IMG/VR virus record: IMGVR_UViG_3300013110_000406
DNA from: an uncultured virus (IMG/VR IMGVR_UViG_3300013110_000406)
Lineage: Duplodnaviria > Heunggongvirae > Uroviricota > Caudoviricetes
Length of the DNA: 64,000 nt
Reading direction: 5' to 3' (one strand)
Shown: positions 56,373 to 64,000 of the stretch, piece by piece
How the letters are laid out: every line of letters begins with the position of its first letter
Position numbering within the stretch: the stretch's first letter is position 1
Program-made: the position numbers and the translations under genes
The notes under the pieces: model-generated
What the model saw: only the letters and a program-made list of their open reading frames with translations
Database searches by the model: none
What the model was told of the DNA's origin: nothing

Positions 56373-57437
56373 ATGGCTTATAATATTACTGCTACTAACG
56401 TAAAAGAAACTCAAGATTCTTTATCTCAAAATATGCTCGACAAAGAGTCGGATCAGGAGATTAGCGGCACCAAAACATTTTTAAATAACATTAGCGCTAA
56501 ACAGTTTAAACTACTTGATGGAACACCATTAAGACCTACGGCCCTTGAGACTATTTCTAACAATACGCCCGGCGCCATTTTAATTTGTAACGGAAATACT
56601 ACCGCAACTGGCGCGCCCAATCTTACATATAAGAATAGCACTCTCTCAGGGCAAGAGGCCGCCTTCGAGGTGTTCAATGGGTCTGCTAAGAAATTAACTG
56701 AGATCCCCGCCGCGGCCCTTGAAGGAACAGTTCCTGCCGCCACATTACCCCTCGGTAGTCGAGGAGGACTGTCAGTGCACAATAATCAACTCATCATTGA
56801 CCCAACGACCCCCTTGTCTATTCGCACCCAAGGTCAAACATTGGCAGATCCAGATTTATTATTGATATATGATGTCTCTAAAAATGAACTGCGCAAGACC
56901 ACATTGCAAGTATTGCATGATGATTACTTACATTCTAAACTCAAGCACCCTGGGGGCCAAGTTAATAGCTTACAATTTAAGAAGGGGACTGGTTTTGGCG
57001 GAAGCGCTGGATTGACTTTTAACCCTACAAAGCAAATCCTAAATGTCGATGGTCATTGTGATATGATTTCATTGACGACGACCAATAGCTTAACAGTAGG
57101 TGGGTCGCTTCATCAGGACGGCGCGCTACATCAAGCGATAAAAACTATTAGTGGCGACTATACTGTACAGCAAGACGATTACACGCTGTTAGCGGATGTT
57201 TCAAACACTAGTGCGTGTATCACACTACCCGATGCTACTCAAAATGAGGGAAGAATGATCAACATTAAGGGCATTAACTCGACAAAGTATACCCTTCGGT
57301 CTCATAGTTTAATGATTAAAAGCGCCGGCGGCTCAATTGACAGGTTTGATAACGTCACTCTTAAAATGAATGGCGCCTCACGCACGCTTCAATCAGATGG
57401 AATAAATTGGTGGATTATTGGATCTAGAGGAACTTGA
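56373..57437 (+). CDS. Fibre-like protein 4
   Basis: DQEISGTKTF fibre motif; ends DYT...ITLPDA...GRMINIK...IDR...LQSDGINWWII. Confidence 0.75.
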   Translation: MAYNITATNVKETQDSLSQNMLDKESDQEISGTKTFLNNISAKQFKLLDGTPLRPTALETISNNTPGAILICNGNTTATGAPNLTYKNSTLSGQEAAFEVFNGSAKKLTEIPAAALEGTVPAATLPLGSRGGLSVHNNQLIIDPTTPLSIRTQGQTLADPDLLLIYDVSKNELRKTTLQVLHDDYLHSKLKHPGGQVNSLQFKKGTGFGGSAGLTFNPTKQILNVDGHCDMISLTTTNSLTVGGSLHQDGALHQAIKTISGDYTVQQDDYTLLADVSNTSACITLPDATQNEGRMINIKGINSTKYTLRSHSLMIKSAGGSIDRFDNVTLKMNGASRTLQSDGINWWIIGSRGT

Positions 57438-57469
57438 TTTCTAGTTAGTAAAAATGGAGAACCTAATTA

Positions 57470-59653
57470 ATGGCTTATAACACCTCAAAGGGCCCCCGTG
57501 GACTAGGCGATATTCTCAACGAAGAGGATACCGATACTCAAATTGATTTCGGTAGCGATGAGATTACCTTTAAAACTAATAACATAGGGCGCCTGACGAT
57601 TGCTAATGCGCATGTATCTTGCTCTGTAAATGTCTCAGGCTCCGCTTTTTATGGCGATGGCTCCAATCTTACGGGACTGACTCCCGCTGCAATCACGACC
57701 TACAATAGCGCCGCAGACAATCGTGTTATCACTTCGGTAAATAGTACTACTGTTCAAGGCGAAAGTGGTTTAACATACGACGGCGCCGATTTGGTTATAG
57801 TAGGGAATGCGTCTGCCTCTCTTGGTGTCACTGGCTCTGCTCTTTATACTGCCACAACCACTATTGATAGCGCACATGTGTCAAGTTCTCTTAATGTCTC
57901 CGGAGCCGCTTTTTATGGCGATGGTTCTAATTTGAGTAATTTGCCACCATCAGGAATCGTATGGGATGGCTCTACTGCTAATGGTGTTGCGACATATAAA
58001 AACGGTGGCGAGGCAACTGTAGAGTCAAATCTAACTTTTGATGGAACAGACTTAGGTGTCTCTGACAAGATCGTTCATATAGGCGATACAGATACATTTA
58101 TTAACTTTACAGAGGATGACATAAACTTTCAAGCCGGCGGCGTCAATTTTCTAGATCTCACCGAGGACACTCAAAACGAAGCAACTTTTAACGAAGGTGG
58201 TGTTGATGTTGACTTTAGGGTTGAGTCGGTTAACGACACACATATGATTTTTGTTGACGCTGCAAATGATGCTGTTAGTATTGGTGTTTCCACCGATACG
58301 CCGGCCGCTGTGTTAGAGATTGCAGGTGACGCTGCTCAGGCGAAACCCACACTTACTATTGATCACGCAGAAGATACCAACAATGCTGTTAATATCAACG
58401 CAGATTCCATAACAACAGCCAAAGCTTTGCGCATATCTGCTGACGCCTTAACGACGGGTAACGCTCTTTATATTGACGACGCTTCATCAAACACGGGAAC
58501 AAGAAAAACCGCGCTCATAATTCAGAATAATGCTGCAGCAATTAACGCCCAAGCACTAGCAGTTCAGTCAGACGGTGGCACAACAGGAATAAAACTAGAC
58601 AAGAATTACTCGGATCTCACTGAAGCCTCAATAACCGGCTTGCACATAGACTGGGATAAGACCGGCGCTTCCACGTCAGACAACACCATGTATGGTATCC
58701 AACTTGACATGGATAACACGACAGCCACCAACGGCAACAACTACATGTATGGCTTACACGTCACCCCGACGCTTTCGCACGCTGCTGACGCCGGCGGAGC
58801 CTTTCTATACGGTGTGTTTATTAACGCGCAAGGCGGAACAAACGGCAGCAGCCTTGTCCAAGGGGCAAGAATCGAAGCTGGGGGCGGAGACGTCAACTAC
58901 GGAATCCAACTTGATGTTGAGGACGGTGGTGTCGATCTTAGAATTGAAAGTTCAGCCGATAGTGGCGATTACTTCCAGATTCAAACCACTACCCATGGCG
59001 CAACCACGATCTCAACAGTTGATGACAATGCTACTGCAGCCCATCTGGTATTTGATGTGGATGGAGATATTACTTTAGACCCCGCCGCTGGCACTGTTGA
59101 TGTCGCCGGCACTCTCACAGCTTCGGTAAACATTTCAGCATCCGCATTCTATGGTGACGGTGCGAACTTGACAAATGTAGCCACCGACGCTACGGGGTCC
59201 GGAGGCGCCGGCGATATTCAATTTTTGAGAAGCACCGATGGAAGCTTTATGTCAGATGGAGCTTTATCTTTTAGCACTGGTTCTTCGGGCGCCACGGGAA
59301 CTGCATTAAGTTGTTCCAACTTGGTAGTAGGATATGGGCTGAAGCTCCCCTACGCAGTAAAAACTTCAAATTATAGTGTGGCGATTTCTGATAATATCAT
59401 TTACATGAGCGGTTCACTGACTAACATTACCGCTTCGCTACCAGCTGCATCTACGGTCGATGGGAGTGTGTTTTATATTAAAAATATTAGCGCTCACCGT
59501 GAAGCAGAAGTGCGTCCCAACGGGAGCGAACTGATTGATAATGCTGCTTTACAATCTCTCGAAGCCACCGAAGGAATACGAATTCAGGCTCTAGCTGCGG
59601 GGGGAGGAGCTTATACTTGGGCCATTATTGGCGTGTCAATGCCGCTTCCATAG
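57470..59653 (+). CDS. Fibre-like protein 5
   Basis: Three AFYGDGxNL motifs, FNEGGVDVDFRVES, same C-terminal domain type (SLPAAS..G..FYIKN). Confidence 0.75.
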   Translation: MAYNTSKGPRGLGDILNEEDTDTQIDFGSDEITFKTNNIGRLTIANAHVSCSVNVSGSAFYGDGSNLTGLTPAAITTYNSAADNRVITSVNSTTVQGESGLTYDGADLVIVGNASASLGVTGSALYTATTTIDSAHVSSSLNVSGAAFYGDGSNLSNLPPSGIVWDGSTANGVATYKNGGEATVESNLTFDGTDLGVSDKIVHIGDTDTFINFTEDDINFQAGGVNFLDLTEDTQNEATFNEGGVDVDFRVESVNDTHMIFVDAANDAVSIGVSTDTPAAVLEIAGDAAQAKPTLTIDHAEDTNNAVNINADSITTAKALRISADALTTGNALYIDDASSNTGTRKTALIIQNNAAAINAQALAVQSDGGTTGIKLDKNYSDLTEASITGLHIDWDKTGASTSDNTMYGIQLDMDNTTATNGNNYMYGLHVTPTLSHAADAGGAFLYGVFINAQGGTNGSSLVQGARIEAGGGDVNYGIQLDVEDGGVDLRIESSADSGDYFQIQTTTHGATTISTVDDNATAAHLVFDVDGDITLDPAAGTVDVAGTLTASVNISASAFYGDGANLTNVATDATGSGGAGDIQFLRSTDGSFMSDGALSFSTGSSGATGTALSCSNLVVGYGLKLPYAVKTSNYSVAISDNIIYMSGSLTNITASLPAASTVDGSVFYIKNISAHREAEVRPNGSELIDNAALQSLEATEGIRIQALAAGGGAYTWAIIGVSMPLP

Positions 59654-59713
59654 TATATCTAAGTGTTAACAGTGCCTCTCCTATATAAAAAGAGGTGTTT
59701 TACGATATAAAAT

Positions 59714-59722
59714 ACTATTTAT
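59714..59722 (+). promoter_or_regulatory. Putative late promoter ACTATTTAT
   Basis: Intergenic, upstream of the scaffold-capsid genes. Confidence 0.7.
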
Positions 59723-59753
59723 TTTGAATTAGTATCATTTTAGGAGTATATTA

Positions 59754-60932
59754 ATGTCCACTCTTTTGAAAGACGCCATCGTCGACGCTCAAAGCTTGCG
59801 TGAAGCAGCTTTAAAAAGCGCGGAAACTACCGTGATTGACAAATACGCAACAGAAGTTCGCGAAACCCTGACTAAGTTATTAGAACAGGATGAGATGGAA
59901 GATCCACTAGGCGCAGAATTAGAAGCGCCCCCCGCAATGGACCTAGGGGCCCCCGAAGGTGGTATGGATCCGATGGGCGCCGAAACTGACGCGGGCACTG
60001 GAGAACAAGTAGCCGCAAATATTCCCCTTGCCGCGACGGACAACCTTTCAGAGAACGAAGGCGAAAATTTAGAACGTCTTCCGCGTAGTGGAGAAGACGT
60101 CGAGATAGAGATTAACCTTGATGCTCTGCAAGAAGCAGTTCGAACTCTCCACGATGAACAAGAGATCAACCTCAATGAACAAACACTGGTAGAACTCCTG
60201 TCAGAAGACGAAGAGGATCTTGAGGAAGTGCAATCACCCGGTGTCTCGGCAGCAGCCGAAGCCGAAGCAGACGATGATCAAATGAATAGTCTCCTGAACC
60301 CCGGCTCGAAGAAAGAAGATGATGAAAACGTCGATGCCGCAGAGATGTCAGCCGAAGGCTTAGAAATCACTGATGAATTAATTGAGGATATCGTCGAAAG
60401 ATTGACGGTAGACATGGGCGCCACCTTAAAAGGTTGGGCCGGCCGCTCCTCAGAAGATATGAAATATGAATTGGAGAGAGCGCTAGCACATCGTCGCAGC
60501 ACTGATTTCCAAGATGAATTAGATACTTTAAAGAAGGCTCAAGAAGAGTTAGTTTTCGAAAATAAACAACTTAACGAGTCCCTTGAACAATATAAGCAAG
60601 TAACTGGAGAATTACGACAAGGATTGAATGATGTCAACCTTTCTAATGCTCGCTTGCTTTACACGAACCGTGTGCTCAGAAATACCTCCTTAAATGAGCG
60701 GCAAAAAACAAAGATTGCCGACGCTATTTCGAAAGCTGGTTCAGTAACAGAAGCCAAGACGATATATCATACGCTTGAAAACGCAACGCCGGCCGCACCA
60801 CAGCGCGGCCCACAATCGTTGAGTGAAGCCATTACTCGCCGCAGCACTTCTGTTATTCGTGCTTCTCGTCAAGAGAGCACTCCATCCGATCCCATTGCGG
60901 AAAGGATGAAAAGACTAGCAGGCATCAAATGA
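59754..60932 (+). CDS. Prohead scaffolding/core protein (gp22-like position)
   Basis: Acidic coiled coil, VNLSNARLLYTN, C-terminal RMKRLAGIK; immediately upstream of the major capsid gene. Confidence 0.8.
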   Translation: MSTLLKDAIVDAQSLREAALKSAETTVIDKYATEVRETLTKLLEQDEMEDPLGAELEAPPAMDLGAPEGGMDPMGAETDAGTGEQVAANIPLAATDNLSENEGENLERLPRSGEDVEIEINLDALQEAVRTLHDEQEINLNEQTLVELLSEDEEDLEEVQSPGVSAAAEAEADDDQMNSLLNPGSKKEDDENVDAAEMSAEGLEITDELIEDIVERLTVDMGATLKGWAGRSSEDMKYELERALAHRRSTDFQDELDTLKKAQEELVFENKQLNESLEQYKQVTGELRQGLNDVNLSNARLLYTNRVLRNTSLNERQKTKIADAISKAGSVTEAKTIYHTLENATPAAPQRGPQSLSEAITRRSTSVIRASRQESTPSDPIAERMKRLAGIK

Positions 60933-60970
60933 GATGCCAAAATACAATTATATAAGGAGATATTTTAAAA

Positions 60971-62761
60971 ATGGCTGGTATTATTGATAGGTTGACCGAA
61001 GGTGTTGTCAACCGTGATATGCGCGCAGAAGGTCACGCTTTGTTATCAAAGTGGGAGCGCACAGGACTTTTAGAGGGTCTTGATAATGACCGTAAGAAGC
61101 AGTCTATGGCTAGGTTACTTGAGAACCAAGCTAAAGAGCTTCTTCGTGAAAACTCTACGATGTCTGGTGGTGATGTTGAAGGCTTTGCAGCCGTCGCGTT
61201 CCCCATCGTCCGTCGTGTTTTTGCAGGACTGATTGCTAACGATCTTGTTAGTGTTCAGCCGATGAGCTTACCCTCGGGTCTCATCTTCTTCCTGGACTTC
61301 GTGTTCTCGCCCAATTTGGGAGACAGTACGGGTCCACAAACCGACCGGTTTGGTAACCTTGCTGACAAGTCCATTTATGGTACGAATCAGGTTGGTTCAC
61401 AAATCACTGGCGGTGTCGACTTGGTCAGCACTGATGGTAGTGGCTTCGGTGGTCCTCGGACCTCTGCCGCGCGCGGTTATGCATATGCATCCCCGAGTGG
61501 CTCCGTAACCAACACCACGGCTCAGTACGCAGTACGCGCTCAGTTCAACCTTAATGGTAGTGAAACGGACGCAAACAAGAAGTATATCGAGTATGATCCC
61601 GATCTTCTTGCGTTGTCTGGAAGTGGCTACAAGGTTAGTGTTTGGGACCTTACAAAGCAGCTGTTTATCAACCAAGACGCTGATTTCGACAACGTCGCAG
61701 CTTTCGAGGTAACAAGCACTGCATTGAACACTGCACTTTCGGGTGTTGTTGGTGACAGCTACGCGCTGGTACGTCGATTGACACGCGTTGTCACGGCTGC
61801 TGATTCCGCTCAATCTGTGGAGAGTGTACGCTTTACTGTCGTTTCTCTCTCTGCCTCGGTTGGACACATTGCCGAGTCCGGCAACTGGGTAACCCAGGTT
61901 CCGATCCGTGACAACTTCAATGCTGCAACCGCTATGGGTGCTGTCGTTGGTGCTGCGGTTTGGGGACTCGAAGGTAACCCTGAGATCCCCGAGATCGACA
62001 TCAAGGTGGACAGTACGGCTGTTACCGCGATGACCAAGAAGCTCAAGGCCAAGTGGACCCCGGAGTTAGGACAAGATCTTAACGCCTACCACAACCTTGA
62101 TGCTGAGGTTGAGTTGACCAGCATTCTCTCTGAGCAAGTTGCTCTTGAGATTGACCGCGAGATCCTTGGTGACCTCGTTGGTGGTGCAACTGCCGGTACT
62201 TATTACTGGTCACGTTCACCCGGTTTGTTTGTCGATAAGACGAGTGGCGTGGAAATTGGAGCAGCTACTAAGGCTCCCGACTTCACCGGTACTGTGAGTG
62301 AGTGGTATGAGACCCTCATTGAAACTATCAATGATGTCTCCGCACAGATCCATCGCAAGACATTGCGTGGTGGTGCTAACTTCATCGTCTGCGGACCTGA
62401 AGTTGCCAACATTCTCGAATTCACGGCTGGTTTCCGTGCCTCTGTTACGGCAGATGATGAAACCGGTACCGTGGGTGCTGTCAAGACTGGATCTCTTTCC
62501 AAGAAGTTTGACGTCATTGTTGACCCATACTTCCTGCGGAACGTGGTTCTGGTCGGACGTCGTGGTTCCTCTTTCCTTGAAAGCGGATATGTATACGCAC
62601 CTTATGTGCCGTTACAGACCACACCCACTATCTTTGGCCCTGAAGACTTCGTGCCCCGCAAGGGCGTGATGACTCGGTACGCCAAGAAGATGGTGCGTCC
62701 CGATATGTACGGTCTTGTTATCGTGCGCGGTCTCTTAGGTGAGTCCGGATCTGCTACCTAA
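60971..62761 (+). CDS. Major capsid protein (T4 gp23-like)
   Basis: LLENQ, VRRVF..LIANDLVSVQPMSLPSGLIF, KLKAKWTPELGQDL.AYH.LDAE.EL, GYVYAPYVPL, PRKGVMTRY. Confidence 0.97.
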   Translation: MAGIIDRLTEGVVNRDMRAEGHALLSKWERTGLLEGLDNDRKKQSMARLLENQAKELLRENSTMSGGDVEGFAAVAFPIVRRVFAGLIANDLVSVQPMSLPSGLIFFLDFVFSPNLGDSTGPQTDRFGNLADKSIYGTNQVGSQITGGVDLVSTDGSGFGGPRTSAARGYAYASPSGSVTNTTAQYAVRAQFNLNGSETDANKKYIEYDPDLLALSGSGYKVSVWDLTKQLFINQDADFDNVAAFEVTSTALNTALSGVVGDSYALVRRLTRVVTAADSAQSVESVRFTVVSLSASVGHIAESGNWVTQVPIRDNFNAATAMGAVVGAAVWGLEGNPEIPEIDIKVDSTAVTAMTKKLKAKWTPELGQDLNAYHNLDAEVELTSILSEQVALEIDREILGDLVGGATAGTYYWSRSPGLFVDKTSGVEIGAATKAPDFTGTVSEWYETLIETINDVSAQIHRKTLRGGANFIVCGPEVANILEFTAGFRASVTADDETGTVGAVKTGSLSKKFDVIVDPYFLRNVVLVGRRGSSFLESGYVYAPYVPLQTTPTIFGPEDFVPRKGVMTRYAKKMVRPDMYGLVIVRGLLGESGSAT

Positions 62762-62783
62762 AATTAGCGGATAAATAAAACTT

Positions 62784-62819
62784 AGCCCCTTGGTCGAAAG
62801 ACCGGGGGGTTTTGTTTTG
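62784..62819 (+). terminator. Rho-independent terminator after the major capsid gene
   Basis: GCCCCTTGGTC-GAAA-GACCGGGGGGT then TTTGTTTT. Confidence 0.9.
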
Positions 62820-62824
62820 CCTAG

Positions 62825-62833
62825 ACTATTTAG
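62825..62833 (+). promoter_or_regulatory. Putative late promoter ACTATTTAG
   Basis: Immediately downstream of the capsid terminator. Confidence 0.7.
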
Positions 62834-62943
62834 TGTAGGCGTTGTAGGAGGCGTCTATAGTCTGTGCACAGCGCAGCTATTAGCTAGCAGGTTTATAACT
62901 TGCGCAGCACTACATAATTCAATATATAAGGAGGAATTTTGAA

Positions 62944-63390
62944 ATGGCTGTTTCACAAAATATTGCAAGATTGCGTGCCCTCATGCAGGGACTTGCGGTG
63001 ACCAATGTTAAAAGCATGGGTTTTCAATTAATGCAACTCGAATCCAAAGAATCGGTGGATGGAGGACTCGACGATGGGGCTAATACCTCACCACAGGCTC
63101 TTTCTTTGACTACTTTACTTTCTCTTGTCACTACGGCAGCAGGCTCCGGAAGCGTTTCGCTTGCGGCTGGCAACACTACTGGACAAGTTAAGTATGTGGT
63201 ATTAAAAGAGGTTGGAGGTTCCAAGAGTCTCACCCTTAGCTGTTCGGCAGGTGTTGGAGGTACGGCATTGACTGCGTCGATAAATCAGGCTCGACAAGCG
63301 CTTGGTTTAATTTATGATGGGCAGAACTGGCAAATTTTGCACACTGCGACAAGCGGTAGTGGAATCCAGGGCGGAGCCGGCGGAGTTTAG
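62944..63390 (+). CDS. Small virion protein, essentially the fibre-type C-terminal domain alone (possible head decoration)
   Basis: SLAAG..GQVKYVV...LGLIYDGQNWQIL; strong AAGGAGG SD; right after the capsid gene. Confidence 0.65.
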   Translation: MAVSQNIARLRALMQGLAVTNVKSMGFQLMQLESKESVDGGLDDGANTSPQALSLTTLLSLVTTAAGSGSVSLAAGNTTGQVKYVVLKEVGGSKSLTLSCSAGVGGTALTASINQARQALGLIYDGQNWQILHTATSGSGIQGGAGGV

Positions 63391-63426
63391 TTTAAACTTT
63401 TATAAGAAACTATCTGTGTCTTTATT

Positions 63427-63458
63427 AAAGCCCCTCAATTTCGGTTGGGGGGCTTTTC
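63427..63458 (+). terminator. Rho-independent terminator
   Basis: AAAGCCCCTCAAT-TTCG-GTTGGGGGGCTTTT. Confidence 0.85.
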
Positions 63459-63571
63459 TATCGAGACCAATAATCAAAAATGTCGATTTCCCAAATTTTT
63501 TCCCCGGTAAATTTTTGAGATTTTCGTTTTTATGTTTTAAAAAACTAATTAGAACAGCGGGAGTTTAATAT

Positions 63572-64000
63572 ATGCCAACCAACCTACAACCACGATCTGA
63601 AACAAGTGCTATAGTTTTGACGTCTACAGGAAGTGTAGACCTAGTATCTGGTTCTTTACCCTTTGGAATCTACACAGGTTCTGCCGATTTCTTAAGTGGT
63701 GCAGCCCTTCAGGTAGCTTATACCTATAAGAAGCTCGGCGGAGATGTAATAGACATCGAACTGACGCCTTCAAACGTCTATGCGGCGTATGAAGAAGCGG
63801 TCTTAGAATATTCGTATATTATTAACCTTCACCAATCTAAAAATGCTCTATCCACCTTCCTAGGAAATGCAACAGGCACCTTCGATCACAAGGGAGATCG
63901 GAAAAGTGGTCCCTCTAATATCAATTTAAGATATCCAAGATTTACAACTGGATATTCTCGTCGCGTAGGTGACGGGGCGGCAGCAGCAGGCGGATTTGGG
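63572..64000 (+). CDS. Neck/head-tail adaptor protein (gp13-like), 3'-truncated by the window edge
   Basis: Manual translation MPTNLQP...YKKLGGDVIDIELT..VYAAYEEAVLEYS; open to the window end; GGGAG SD. Confidence 0.7.
   Translation, partial: MPTNLQPRSETSAIVLTSTGSVDLVSGSLPFGIYTGSADFLSGAALQVAYTYKKLGGDVIDIELTPSNVYAAYEEAVLEYSYIINLHQSKNALSTFLGNATGTFDHKGDRKSGPSNINLRYPRFTTGYSRRVGDGAAAAGGFG

Noticed and set aside
59671..59701. Hairpin GTGCCTCT/AGAGGTGT before the scaffold promoter as a terminator
   Set aside because: Large loop, several G-U pairs and a short U-tract; too weak to call
44323..62761. Inteins or introns in terminase, portal or capsid genes
   Set aside because: ORFs are continuous, of ordinary length, and lack visible intein or homing endonuclease motifs
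62834..62915. Multi-hairpin region considered as a tRNA
   Set aside because: No TTCRA T-loop, D-loop or acceptor stem/CCA pattern
1..64000. Numerous minus-strand and nested short ORFs in the ORF track
   Set aside because: They overlap long + strand genes with recognisable motifs and show no convincing SDs or family signatures; treated as shadow ORFs
1..64000. Stop-codon reassignment, as seen in some large phages
   Set aside because: Core genes are full length in the standard code, and TAG, TGA and TAA all terminate genes at tight junctions

Overview
The window is a 64 kb segment of a large, probably uncultured, T4-like tailed phage (myovirus). All credible genes lie on the + strand, are tightly packed and use the standard genetic code. 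In order: a baseplate/tail module (gp25-like, gp6-like, a 3727-aa LamG-containing protein, several paralogous structural genes, 1-30.6 kb); a DNA-metabolism block (RuvC-like resolvase, primase, fused Mre11-Rad50/gp47-gp46); a tubulin/FtsZ-family gene next to a ParB-like gene; a cluster of small membrane/lysis-like genes; the head module (terminase gp17, portal gp20, prohead protease gp21, scaffold, major capsid gp23); and the start of a neck gene. A ribosomal protein bS21 gene and five modular fibre genes sit inside the head module, with a sixth related gene after the capsid gene. Less obvious structure: (i) unrelated proteins share short helical tags (MK(I/V)TKSQLxQIIxEE, MKLLxExWxxF/Y, RxxxLAGI), suggesting a cargo-addressing system for capsid-internal proteins; (ii) a recurrent ACTAWTTA motif behaves like a late promoter, alongside a few consensus sigma70 promoters; (iii) a four-gene cassette is bracketed by two mostly synonymously diverged copies of the primase 3' end; (iv) a tail-collar-fibre-like domain appears split over five genes; (v) a C10 tract lies between an SD and a start codon; (vi) two structured 5' leaders. 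I saw no tRNA, rRNA, CRISPR array, intein or transposase. All family assignments come from motif recognition by eye, not from database searches.
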